Below, piece after piece: positions 12,886 through 24,637 of a stretch of DNA of 64,000 bases. Within the stretch, counting starts at the first letter, position 1, and the number at the start of each line of letters is the position of its first letter. Both the position numbers and the translations under genes were made by a program. The stretch comes from Aplysia californica (lineage: Eukaryota): positions 24,245 through 88,244 of the forward strand of contig NW_004797819.1 in NCBI RefSeq assembly GCF_000002075.1. The letters run 5' to 3'. The notes under the pieces are model-generated. The model did not search any database. It saw only the letters and a program-made list of their open reading frames with translations, and was not told the DNA's origin.

Positions 12886-15800
12886 GCATTCTGAATGGGT
12901 TTCGTAGAATACATCCTGTAACCCCCCCCCTCGGACAAAAGACAAAAATAATAAAGACAAAAACTCTCCCCCGCCAAAAAAAAGACAACACCCCCTGCCC
13001 CCAAAAATATAAAAACATCCCTCAAACAAAACAACCGTAAAGGGAAGAATATTTCATATCATCTACATCTTACGTGGTTCGCAGATGGTGAAAGGGCAGG
13101 CCAAATGGTTGAAAGTTTCTTAACAGTTGATAATACTGTCGAAGCACAATGTACAGGCGAACACCAGACAATGAATCACCTCCCGGGAACAGATCCACGG
13201 AAGACTGGTTTATGGAGAAAAATGAAAAAGGTGAGCGGGACCCCAAATGTAAAGTCTAATTTTTTTATTTTTAATATTTTTTTGAAAAGAGATTTCATTT
13301 TAAATTAAAATTTTCACGAATATTTTTCAATAGTTCAAATTTAATTTTACTGCTTATGCTCCTGTCTGATCCCGAAGCCTGAGTCTCCGTTACGCGTCCC
13401 GCTCGGCAGTCGCAAGCGACGGCCACTTTCACACAACACACACACGGCGTGTTGACCGGCACTCCTTGGCTAATGTATTTTGACCAATCGTGATGATTTA
13501 AATCTGTCACAGCCGCAGTCTGTCGCTCGCGACGAGGTCTCGATCGCTACATAGACCGATTGCAGGCGACGGTCGCACGCGGCAAGACGTCGCGTCACGT
13601 GTAAAGAGACGGGTTCTTTATAATCGTAGGATTCTTAGGCCCCTCCTTATAAGTCGTGTCATGTCTTCTTCTGTTTTTTACCTTCACTTGTTGTCCATTG
13701 TGTCTGGTTTTTGTTTCTGGGCGTGTACACTCTCGTAGCACCTGAGTGTGAGTTGTTCAGAAATATAAGTGTTTATCTGAACTATTGCACGCCCGTGCTG
13801 CACCATTTGCTGCTGATGAATGGGCGTAAATACAAGTACAACTGTGTGAGAACATTAATTTTACATATGATTCAATGGCAGACCCATTGAATGTATTTTT
13901 TATGCATTTTCTTCAGTGCCTGGCTCCGCAAGCACTAAATCGAAGACGAGCTCGGATGCGGCAACCTAAAAGCCACAAAAAAGATGTCCTTACACTTCCT
14001 GGTTCCTTAATGGGTAAGCATGCTTAAAGGTTTATTTCATCCCCTCCTACTTTCTTTATACCAATAGGTTAAAATTGGCTTTTGCGCATGCCGTCATGAC
14101 AAATCTGCTATTGGCCCAACAGAGTGTAGTAGGTCAAGTAAGTTCCGAACGGAGGGATGAAAAGACCTTTACCAAAGGGTTTTTATAAATAAATATTCTT
14201 CCCACATTTATCAGCGCGTTAAATATTCTTCCCACATTTATCAGCGCGTTAAATATTCTTCCCACATTTATCAGCGCGTGGTATTCGCATTTTTTAAAAA
14301 GATCCTTCGGTATGAGTTTATACCGTCCATATCAAAGTCGCCACGATAAGGATCCTCACGCCTTTAACTTTCTGAAGGAGGAGACACGAGTAGGAATGAG
14401 TTAACTTGCCAACCAAACCCTCCAATTTAGAATGATGGAAGGAAGATTGTGCATGTAGATCCAGCATTTTTGTCAGTTTTTGTGCTAATTCTATTGTATT
14501 CATATTTCATCCCAACAGGAAATCTCGGCAATTTCGTTTATTTGCTTATCTTTTGGCCACACAGACTGAGCATTGACTTAACAAGGTTTCATCTGTCTCG
14601 ACGGTATGCTATGAGATAAGCATAATCAAAGTTGCAAAGGGGAACTGTGTGCCGTATCAAATGGTCAAAATCTAACCAAGTCTCACAAAACTGCTACGAT
14701 AAACGAAGCAGTCAACCCGTCGAGTTGGCTTCTCCCATCATCAAAATGGCTTGGCAGCCCCTGAGGTATTTTGGTAACTTAACGCAAACCAATCATAACG
14801 CAACAAACAAGTATTGAAGTAATAGATATCTAATGACAGCAGTAGAGAGCAACACCAACAATTACCTTACTTCCTCTACAACCACCAAAAATACATCTCA
14901 GTTCTATGGCACCAACAATGTGCTGCCTACCAACGGTTTAAGATACCTGCTTCGTCTGTTTTTCAGATGCTTGTCAGAAAAAAGTTCCTGTGACAGCCTG
15001 GCAGCGCCTCGGCCCCTCCCCAAGACCTGCACGTCCCACCTGGAGGGGGTCGACAAAGCGCAATCATGGTTTGGGCAAACTAAGGAGACTCCATGTGTTC
15101 CGACAGAGTGCAGAGACTATTGTAAGTGCTTTGTATTGTTTGCGGTTGGGTTTTGCATTCTGTTCAACATAACAATTCAAAACCGCGTAGAAATTCAAAA
15201 CAATTAAGGTCACTTCAGTTTTAAATATGGAACCGTTCTGAATAAGTGTCCATCTCGTCACGAAATCAACTTTTCTATCTTCTCCTTATTAAGCTAGACC
15301 AAGAAAGGGAACCAAACCCGAGCTGCAAATCGTGTTGCCCACTATGTTACAAACTGAGACTGCAACTACTCTGACAGAAGGCCAAACATATTTGACGTTT
15401 TTATAACTATTTGGAACACTCTCCCACGGACTGACTATAGAAATAAAGTAAAAAAGTACACCTCCAGTCTGTGGAAGAGTTACTGGGAAAAACAGAAAAA
15501 TAATAAACTGTATACTATAAAACCCAAACTGGAACAGCGAAATCCTTCGGACCTCTCCAGAAGAGACAAAGTCGTTTTTACTCGATTGCGCATCGGATAC
15601 ACGGCCCTGACCCACAAATACCTCCTACAGGGAGATGAGAAGCCGTTCTGTGTCGGATGCGACACAGATTTTACCATTAGACACATCCTAACCGAATGTC
15701 TGGACTTTGGAGAGATCCGAAGGAAATATCATAAATGTAAGAAATTGCAAGACATTTTTTCCGTTGTTGGTCCCGACAGAATTTTGAATTTTATAAAGGC

Positions 15801-18800
15801 CATTGGCCTTTATGGCAAGTTATAAAGTGAAATCGAACTATTAAATTTTTAAAATGTTGTCTAGGAAAATTGTTTTAGATTGAAAATATACATATATTTA
15901 CACTGATTTTTAAAAACATTTTAGCATTTTAAAATCTAACTACTGACCCGAGCCAGCCGTACAGAAAACTGTTGTGAACAAAATTCACTTGTGTTTCGCG
16001 CGCTCATATGACCTTATGCAGTTGCGAGCGTCGTAAAACCCTGTACTACTACTACTAACTATTTGGTATAGCGTTCCGCAACATGTCATTAAGTTTAGAA
16101 AGTAATAGTTTACAAGTCCATTTGAATTTCAAGACCGAGGCGACCATGAGAGGATAATCATCTGAGTTTGCCTACTGATCTTAAAAAAAGAATTCCTAAA
16201 GATGAGCGGACAGATAAAGTAGTGTAATAGTAATTTAACGAATAAAATCACCAATGGACCAAAATTAACATAATTGGGGGAAACTAAGGGCTTTATTAGC
16301 AATTGATTAAATATCGGAAGCTTTTCTACGTGTTCGCTCAACAAAGAAAAAAACACGCCCCCCCCCCCCCCCCAAAACACAAAAAAACATTTTAAAAATA
16401 ACAAACAAACGAAGGGACACCCCCCAAAAAAAACAAACAACAACAAAACAACCCCCAACCTAACAACAACAACAAACAACCAAAACCCACTCGCACGCAG
16501 GGCGACAACAGCATCTGTGGTTTCACAGAAATTCGTCAAAGTTTTGTCAATGTCTAAGCTACACTTTGCTTGCATGCACATGTTGAGGATTTCATCAGGA
16601 CATGGGCCATCACATGGAAAATCGTTGACTTAACACGAGTTGAATTTATTCGTTTTCTTCTGCTATTGAAATAACAGGCCTTTAATTTCTTCTTAGTCGT
16701 CTTAGACTCTCAGCCTCTTATCAGGAACGGATGGAACGCAGTGCTCCTCCTACGAAATAAGCTATTCTTTGTCAAAGTATGTTGTTCACCGTAATGAAAA
16801 ACAAACCGGCGTCTGTAGGCGTGGGGTGGAGGTTAGGTTCTTCCCGGTTGCACACAGAAGACGTGAGTGCGATTCCTGAATAGAGGAGTTTTTCATCGGG
16901 TGTTTCCGTTAATGGCATATGCTGGAACTGACAGGGTCGAATCACCGCGCCTTGAGTTTTGATCAAAACTTTTTCGATAGGGACATTTTGTGCCTTGGCA
17001 GGTGACCTTACAGTGCAGCAGTGGACATGAAACAGCTTTGCCAGGGCTGTAGACATAGAAAAAGTAGACTGCCCAAATACCACTTCCCTCCTTTCAGATT
17101 TTGACTTCTTTAATATACCTGAAGATATATAGAATCTACCCTGAAGGAGAGACATCGTCAATAGACTCAATACGCTTGAAACCAAGGAAAGTGTAAGGAT
17201 GTGTCTTACTACTTCACTTGTGCGGTATGGGGTATTTTCTATGGTAAGGAGAATTTTGAATTTTGCCCGGGAGGCGACTTAAAGGGGTTCTCGTGGTCTA
17301 GAGGTTATGTTGTTCGCCTCTCATTCAATAGGTCTGGAGTTCGAAGCCTGACAGTCACGGAAAATTTTCTTCTTTAACCTCTTTTCCTGCTCTCTAACCA
17401 TGTTCTGTCACATGCTTTCGTCTCCACTTTCTGCCCATACTCCTCTGGGTTCCTGACTCTTTCTGCAGCCTTTCTACTGCTACTTCTTGGCTTCTTATTA
17501 CTGCTGTCTTTCAGCCACACCCCTGATCTTAATGCATGCGAGATCGAACACCTAACCTTCGCGGATAAGGGCGAACATTCTCAGAGGTCCTGTTTTCAAG
17601 TTGCGCTTGTTAAAGATCCCTTGGTGGTCCAAAATCGACCAGAGTAAGCTTTGGCTGCCACCCGGGCAAAGTTCAAAATTAATTCCTACAAAACTAAAAA
17701 AAATAAATGTTTTATGTGTTCCTCGCTCTCATATGATCTTATTCAGTTGCGAGCACCGTAGCGCACTTATCTAGTAAAAACAAAATTCTTGGCACTCGTG
17801 AATCGAGCTCGGATATCGTTCACGCAACAGCGAGGTGCTTATCAGCTACACCAAAGGCATCGGTTTAAAACGAAGAAGAGAGTAGAAAGCACTTAGAATT
17901 ACAATAATAATCAACCTTAAGATATTGTACTTTTCAAATCTTTCAGAGTGGCCCAGCGCCGGCGATGAGGAAGCATCGCATGGGAGGTGGGGGAAACGTC
18001 CTGCGTATGACAGCAGAGACCAACGCCCAGCGGTCTCCGCCTACCACGGCCGGGGCCAGCAGGAAGAGGAAGAAGAACAGGAAGAGCTCTGATTCAGCAC
18101 TTGTGGAGAATGTGCAAGATCTTCCTATCCTAGGTCCCGCAGAACAGGCAGATGACCCGATGCACGGTGTGTTTGAGGTCTATTGCGATGACATCTCCAC
18201 AGGTAAAACAATAACAAAGCTATTGGATTTAATAATCTGTTCCGTTGTGGTACAGTGAATTCCACTTATAATGAGTCCTGAAGTAACGAGAAGTCTGATA
18301 TAAAGACAATATTCTAAAACCCGTTTTTTTTTCTTCTTTATCTTTGTAAATAAAATACTGCTATAGCGCAATCAGATAAATTCGCGAGTCGGTTATAGCC
18401 AAGTATCGCTGCTGCGGTGCACATTGCATAGGCCATTTATACCTCGCCAGTTGAGAAACTTGTTGGTGATCAAGCGAAACAAAGAATAGGAGAGCCCATG
18501 TGTGCCAACGATGAAGGCCGAAGCGAAACAGTGGGAAGGGAGGGGCATGCGCACACAAGCAGTCATGAAGCAGAATGTATAGCCTGATAGTGATAGGCCA
18601 GCCTAGTCTAGATTATCTAGGCCTATCATGCCTCTCACTTCTCCGATGCGGGGATGGAGAGGTCACAGTGCTGTGATGGATCATGGAGCGAATGGGTGAC
18701 GTGCGCAAGCAGACGCAGGAACGCACCACAGGGTGTGGTGGGGTGGGGGAAAACACAGCGGGCGAGTTAGCCTAGAGAACTTTCGTTCTGATAGCCAACG

Positions 18801-20032
18801 CCCAGCTGTCAACATCGCTAACGCTAGAGAAAGAAACCTGATTCAATTTTTGATCAAGTAAGACCTACAGGTTATGTTGAGCAAAGCCATCATCAGAGGA
18901 GATAACAAAAAGAAACAGAACACCAAACTCATAGATTAGGCCTACTTTATTATTTCCTTTGAATTTATTACGGGATTCCTTACAACGAGAATACTGCTAT
19001 AACGGACATTTCGTACCGGTCCCCTCCCTCTCGTTATAACAGGATTCCACTGTATCTATTATCTACATAAATTGAAGACTTCTGTCATTTGACACAAAAT
19101 CTGCAACGTTACATTTTAGTTTAAAAAAGGTTTTTTTTTTTACATAGTGTGAGTTACAGAGTTGTTGTACTAAGGCGACAGTAAACTTTGATGTCAAATA
19201 TTAGTTCATGGGTTGCAAAATATCGCCCTGGGGGTCTAATTGGCCCGAGTGCCTTGAGTCTCAGACCCCTGGTTCAGTGGGGAAAATGTTGATCTTAGGA
19301 ATTATTTAAAATAACAGTCTTTCGAAATTACAGTAATGATATAAGGGATACATTTTGAAAGTCAACATTTGAAGACTTATTTTTAGTTTTTGTAGAGGTT
19401 TTACGGCGCTCTCAACTGCATAAGGTCATATGAGCGCCAGAAGATTATAGGTGTTACAAGAGAGTAACAAACATAAAAAAGAAAAAGGCGAGAAAAGGAC
19501 GATATAGATCTATGTCTGATACTGATAGGAAAGAAGAAACAAATCACACCAGAGCACCCACCAACCACCCACATTTGAAAACTTAATTACTTTCGGAATT
19601 TCATATTATGGAAGAAACATCTTTAAACAACAACAATTACATTTTGAACAGACGGACAGAGTATGGTTATACGCAAAGCGGCAACATTATTGGTACTTCA
19701 CTTCTCTTTCCCCGAGCTTTAACAGCATCAGTATTGTGAAAGCACGAAGGAAAATATTTGCTAACACCAAACACCCTTTGAATTCAAAATGTTTGATATC
19801 TGTTAGAAATAAACGTTTAATATTTTTTTAAATCAACGAACAAACAGGTATAAAAATTATTCATACCGTCATTTATACAAGTACAAGCTATACAGTCATT
19901 GTTGAGTGTGCGAAAATAACGTTATTTTGTATGTCCATCTAGTGACTATTTGTGTGTGTGCATCTGTGTATGAAAGTGTGTGTGTGTGGGAGGAGGGGTG
20001 AAAGAGAGTGATAGTGGGAAAAAGAGGGAAAT

Positions 20033-20099
<67 letters not shown>

Positions 20100-20382
20100 T
20101 AGAGATAGACAGAGACAAAGTTTTGACGAGCGTATAAAATTTACATTGTATCATGCTGCAACAAATGTCTCTTTGTGGAGATCAATAGACTGTCTTTTTA
20201 TCTATTGTATTATTTTTTCTTTCTTAATTCCAGGCAGTTCCCCACCGCGGGTGTCGCGCACACCAACAGGCACACTGCGGAGCAACGTGTCCGCCTCCAA
20301 GACTTACAGGCAGCTGTTCCAGGGCGAGGACTCCCAGCATCCCCGCTCGTCAGCCAAACGATGGCTTTGTCGTCTGATGTGA
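1681..20382 (+). CDS. Gene A (5'-partial): giant acidic low-complexity protein, >=3209 aa; exons 1681-3537, 5216-12185, 13085-13230, 13917-14013, 14967-15121, 17947-18202, 20234-20382
   Basis: All six junctions are GT-AG with matching phases (0,1,0,1,0,1). Exon sum is 9630 nt = 3210 codons including the stop. No recognisable folded domain; ends KRWLCRLM*. Confidence 0.75.
3836..4352 (+). mobile_element. tRNA-derived SINE family 1 (Meta/MESC-like core, I-group LINE tail), copy 1
   Basis: tRNA-Glu-like head with A box (tggcttagaggt) and B box (ggttcgaatcc); central …taagggcgaaaa…gttaaagatcc…; tail shared with the LINE at 15415; 11-bp TSD AATCTTTGAGA (3825-3835 / 4353-4363). Confidence 0.85.
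4855..4906. repeat. (CT)n microsatellite
   Basis: Direct inspection. Confidence 0.9.
5216..12185 (+). CDS. Gene A giant exon (6970 bp)
   Basis: Acceptor tttgattttctcaag|GAG, in frame with ORF 5489-12214 (frame is open from 5162); donor CCAG|gtaaac. Confidence 0.85.
12772..12879. repeat. (CA)n microsatellite
   Basis: Direct inspection. Confidence 0.95.
13085..13230 (+). CDS. Gene A exon
   Basis: ttcgcag|AT ... AAG|gtgagc; (D)GERAGQMVESFLT...WRKMKK. Confidence 0.7.
13917..14013 (+). CDS. Gene A exon
   Basis: ttttcttcag|TGC ... ATGG|gtaagc; CLAPQALNRRRARMRQPKSHKKDVLTLPGSLM. Confidence 0.7.
14190..14279. repeat. 30-bp tandem repeat x3
   Basis: TAAATATTCTTCCCACATTTATCAGCGCGT three times. Confidence 0.95.
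14967..15121 (+). CDS. Gene A exon
   Basis: gtttttcag|AT ... ATT|gtaagt; needed to restore phase between 14013 and 17947. Confidence 0.7.
15415..16055 (+). mobile_element. 5'-truncated I-group (Nimb/I-like) LINE, ORF2 C-terminus plus 3' UTR
   Basis: Open frame from 15415: NTLPRTDYRNKVKKYTSSLWKSYWEKQKNNKLYTIKP…SRRDKVVFTRLRIGYT…CVGCDTDFTIRHILTEC (CCHC knuckle)…YGKL* (15825). (TAC)n tail; 11-bp TSD TAACTATTTGG (15404-15414 / 16056-16066). Confidence 0.9.
17284..17785 (+). mobile_element. SINE family 1, copy 2
   Basis: Colinear with copy 1; immediately preceded by an inverted fragment of the same family (~17230-17278). Confidence 0.85.
17947..18202 (+). CDS. Gene A exon (contains RKRKKNRK)
   Basis: aatctttcag|AGT ... 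ACAG|gtaaaa; in frame with ORF 17965-18258. Confidence 0.7.
18253..19052. mobile_element. pogo/Tigger-like (Tc1/mariner) MITE
   Basis: TA|CAGTGAATTCCACTTATAATGAG … CTCGTTATAACAGGATTCCACTG|TA. Confidence 0.75.
19380..19570 (-). mobile_element. Short retroposon family 2 (~190 bp, no tRNA head, same LINE tail), copy 1
   Basis: Tail GCGCTCATATGACCTTATGCAGTTG…GCGCCGTAAAACC on the minus strand; 15-bp TSD ACATTTGAA(G/A)ACTTA (19365-19379 / 19571-19585). Confidence 0.75.
20035..20116. repeat. (GA)n microsatellite
   Basis: Direct inspection. Confidence 0.95.
20234..20382 (+). CDS. Gene A terminal coding exon
   Basis: ttcttaattccag|GC; GSSPPRVSRTPTG...KRWLCRLM*. Confidence 0.7.
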
Positions 20383-21375
20383 CTGACGGGCAGACAAAGG
20401 CCCAACGTTTCCGTGTTCGAGGCGCACCGGTTGTGATTTGGCTTATGTCGTCGAAAAAAATATCGGAGTTTTGTGTCATGAGGTCATGATGTGACGCTCA
20501 ACTGAATCAGAGCTTTGTTGATTGTTCAGGATTGAAAAATAATAGCTAGTTTTAATAGAATTTCAATGTTGCTTGAAGTCAGGGAACGAATTTCGATTTC
20601 AGGAAATCTAATCACATGCGCACGTCATGTAAGGGATGGTGCAGCCAGACAACCACCTAAACCATTCAACTTTCATCGAAAATTTCGGCCACTTAGGGAC
20701 CTGAATGATTGTGCTAATTTGAAGTCTCTTTTCTGATTCCTCTGAAAATTAATGTGTTTTCTGTGACAGTATTCACCAAAGACACCCCCCACCCCGAAGG
20801 GATGCACGGTCAGGATCAGGGAAATTGTGCCCCGGGGGGTAAAAGTTTTAATGCTGACCATTGCCCTTACCTCGGGCTGGGCCACTTTTTTCAGCTAGAC
20901 ATCTGAATATTTCCTTCCATCTCTCTCAGTTTTATTCAGTTTCATCATTGACTTTCCTCTTTAATGTACTTTTTTAAAATGCAACCTATCCCTTTATCAC
21001 CCTTTTTTCTATTTGCTGAGAATCACTTCCCACTTACCGCAAACTGAACGTACATGTATGTCTTAATAATGAAACAAAACAAAAGACATTGAAAAAACAA
21101 CCCTAACAACCCTTTTCCCCGCAGAACACTAACACCATTATTGCCCAAGATCATTGGATATGGAAGGCCTGCATCACCACCCTCTACAATCACCTCTGTA
21201 GTTAAGTTATTCAGTTAAATTCATCACTACCAGATGTCCAACATTGTGGGAAAAATGGGCTGTCGAGAACCTCTGATATTCATGTTTTGCCCCTAATGTT
21301 TCATCCATCAGAACCTTTTGTTTTAAAGGCAATGCATTACCAATGAACTCGACGTTTATAATGAATGAAAGTTTG

Positions 21376-21381
21376 AATAAA
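21376..21381 (+). terminator. Candidate polyadenylation signal of gene A
   Basis: AATAAA about 1 kb after the stop, followed by T-rich sequence. Confidence 0.4.
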
Positions 21382-21430
21382 ATATTAAAATTGCCGTTTT
21401 CTTTGACCTCTTTTGGCTCACATTATAAAT

Positions 21431-21787
21431 GTGGTGTGATAACCAATTGGTTAGGTTACACAGTTACAATACTTGTAATCGTGAGTTTGCGTGTTTGGGG
21501 GTTCCAGCCTCAGGCCTGACGTGTCCTTAGGACACTTTAGATGAATTTTCTTCATTTCACCTAGGTGGGAATGGGTGCCATAGACAACGAAAGATCTTGT
21601 CTGTGTGCTAGTGTTTTAGCGCCTTTAAAATGGCAGCTTGCACTGAATGCTTCCCAGGAAGTTGATCGTTTCAGAACGCTATCTCAATCTGGTCTGCTGG
21701 GTAACATAATACTGATTATAAAGCGCACAGAACTTGTTGTTGAACAGGAATTTGCACTATACAAATGCTATCTGTTATTACTATTGC
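21431..21787 (+). mobile_element. Old CORE-type SINE with L2-like tail
   Basis: CORE-like gtgtccttaggacacttt…cacctaggtgggaatggg; tail taaagcgcacaga…gcactatacaaatgc…ttattactatt. Confidence 0.55.
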
Positions 21788-21974
21788 ATGTACAGTATAT
21801 ATGTGTATGCACGACAAGTCCCTTGGTTTTTTAAAATACCAGGTGCAGTGCCCCAAGGGTTACCCAAAAGTACTCAATTGAACCAACACCCCCCCCCCCC
21901 CCCCAACTAATAAAAGATCAAAATGGCAGACAAACATTGGCCTCATAAATGCCTTTTTTTGCATCTAGGGTGAG

Positions 21975-22047
21975 TCTTCTTCTTCTTCTTCTTCTCGATC
22001 GCATCACACTTGAAGTCTGGTATCTGTCATAAATTGGGCCGTCCCAG
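21975..22047 (-). mobile_element. Short 3'-tail fragment of the LINE family at 32142
   Basis: (CTT)n-CTCGATCGCATCAC…GTCTGGTATCTGT…TTGGGCCGTCC matches 32150-32207. Confidence 0.65.
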
Positions 22048-24239
22048 AAACTGGCGGCTGAAAGGCTAAGCACATAATGATTTCAGCACAATTTTCCGTT
22101 TACATTGTAAATAAAAATCAACTGCGAAATGTTTCCTTTTCACACAAAATAATGTAGTCATAGTTATCGTAAGTCCAAATAAATCCAAAGAAATATCACT
22201 GATTTTTATAAAAAATTTATTAATCAACTAATGAGATCTAAAGACAAATGTTTGAGCAAACAGGGGTTAATAAAAGTAGATATGTACCATATTAACTCAA
22301 ACAGAAATGCCTAAAAAGAAACTGATCAAGAAACAATTTGTAAAGCAATTCACTGGCTCTGCAGAAGCACATCTGCCATAATAAAAAAAAGTGATGACCC
22401 TTGAGGTTGAAATTTTCAATAGACCCGACGAGAGTAATAGTTATAACAAACTACCTGTACGCAATGCTTACCCTTCTAGAAAGCTTTCATGGAACATAAT
22501 CCACTAGTTCTCATAAAGAAATAGCCTTAATACTGCAAATTGATTTCTTTCCTGTTTATCTGCCACTACAAAAGAACGATTTTTGTTCCCTATTGTTATG
22601 ACAATTAAACAAACCAGATCTACAGACAGCTGTTGACACAATGCTGCCCACATCGAGTCAGTAAAGACAGAAATACATTTCCAGATGAAAAGGGTTCAAT
22701 TAAAGGTCTAACAAGGGCACTAAGGTACCAACACCACAAAAAAGATGAGAGGTATTTAAAAAAAAAAGAAGCTAGGATGCTACACAGGAAAAGAGGTTTT
22801 CCAATTCACACATGCAGTACAAATATACATTGAGGTCTTTGGTTGAGGCTATAAACCCTTGAGCATCCTATTTAAAGGAATTCTGAGAGTTAAACATAAA
22901 AAACAATGATCTATACTGCTGTATGCAATATGAAGTCATTCACTTAAGCCAAATCCCCCCGCCAATTGACTTAAATGAAAACATTCTTTTTGTGATCAAC
23001 CTTAAATATCGCCAACTGCAGATAACAACATCGATTTTTCATACATACGAAATATTCCTATAACATTCATTAAAGGCTCATTCCAAATTAAACCTTTAAT
23101 TTTGAAAAGGGGAAAAAACAGATGGACTGACTTTTGATTTCTGCTCCTACAAAAATGATATACAATCTGATATTGTAAAGAAGATTTTGAATCCCTTTCC
23201 AGGCTAAAGCAATTACATGTTCTATTTTGTGCTTGATATCCAACATACACGTTTACATAGATAAGGATAGGAAGTTATACTCAGAACCAGTTTTCAGCTT
23301 CATTAGTTTTTATACATCATCGTTACTATACAAATGCTATTCATTATTCTTACTTTAATAAGTGACTGAAAAGTTTTCTGCTACACTGCATCGATTTTGA
23401 ATGAAAACAGAATTTCCAAATCTGTTATTTTATTACCCCAAAGCAAAAATTTTGTCCACTATAAATTTCTTTTGCTAAAAGAAATATTTTCAAACCAAAA
23501 CTTCTGTCACCACAGAGGCACTCAAGTTAACATTATTCTGTAAAAACTGTAGTGGCTTAAGATTAAAGTTGTTCAAAATACATTGTTTTTATAAGGCATG
23601 CCATAATGAAAACTCAATTTCTTGAAGAACGCAAAGACTGAAAGATTCACAAAAGTCTAAAACACATGGCTTAGTTTGGGACAATTCTTTCAAGCTTCAT
23701 GTACATTACAATGCATAAGACACATTGGAAATGCATTTTTTATACAATGTCTCATCAGATCCGATCAAAATATTTTTTAAAGATATTTTATCATCACACC
23801 AAAAATTTCTTCTGGTGTCATCTCCATGGATTTCTTTAAAGACAGATAATATGGCACAAAAAAAAAGAAGAAAAAAAAGTGTAAATAACAGCCAGTACAT
23901 TTTGTAATACAAACTTCTAACTCTTGATTAAGGCAAAGAAAAAAGAGAGGAAATAAGCATCCATGATTGTAGAATCTCATATAATTAAGGCATGGATGAG
24001 ACAAAAGAACCAGTCCAAGTAAGTTTTAAGAGGTGTAATGAAAGCACATCTTGCTCTTATAAATCAATTGCACAGATCTCACTGTTATAACAACAATGTT
24101 GTGTGGTCGGAACATCAGCACTGTTAATACTTAATTTCAAAGCAAATTTAAAAAACTTAGAACAATCTCATTCATAGATAGCTGAACATGCCAGGCATAT
24201 TTTACCATAACATGAAATACAAACCCATAAAAAATAATT

Positions 24240-24637
24240 GCGGCACGACACAGTGGAATAAGGTGCTCGTCAAATTCTTGGCATATGGAGTTTGAATATA
24301 AATACACGTCAAGATGTTCGTGTTTGAAGGAGGTGGGGGTCAGGTCACCTGATTTCAGAGGTAAAATTTGTGAGAAAATGGGTGCCAAAGTTTTTCAGCT
24401 TTTGTTTTTTTCTTTCGCTTGAGAGTCCCTGGAAACTGAAAATGCATATTTTTTTGTTACCTTAATCAATGTGTTTCAGTAAAATCCGCACAGAAGTTTT
24501 TTTTAGAATGGACATAAAAAGTATTAAGCCATAAAAGAAAAATTCGATAAAAATTGCCAAACTGGCGGGAAAATGCAGATTTCTTTAAATCAATGCCATT
24601 ATTTTGACGAGTGCCTGATTCCACCTGGATGCCCCAC
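24240..24637. mobile_element. MITE, copy 1
   Basis: TIR core GTGGAAT(A/C)AGG(T/C)(G/A)CTCGTCAAA at both ends, inverted; interior matches 26281-26716 in reverse. Confidence 0.65.

Noticed and set aside
12715-13034. VC-repeat ORFs (also 19939-20154 and 43998-44641)
   Set aside because: Translations of dinucleotide microsatellites.
16772-17185. 137-aa minus-strand ORF in a gene A intron
   Set aside because: Non-ATG start, no motif and no splice-consistent partner; cannot be supported.
17947-18092. Early stop if 14013 is spliced directly to 17947
   Set aside because: Including exon 14967-15121 restores a fully open frame to 20382, which is more parsimonious.
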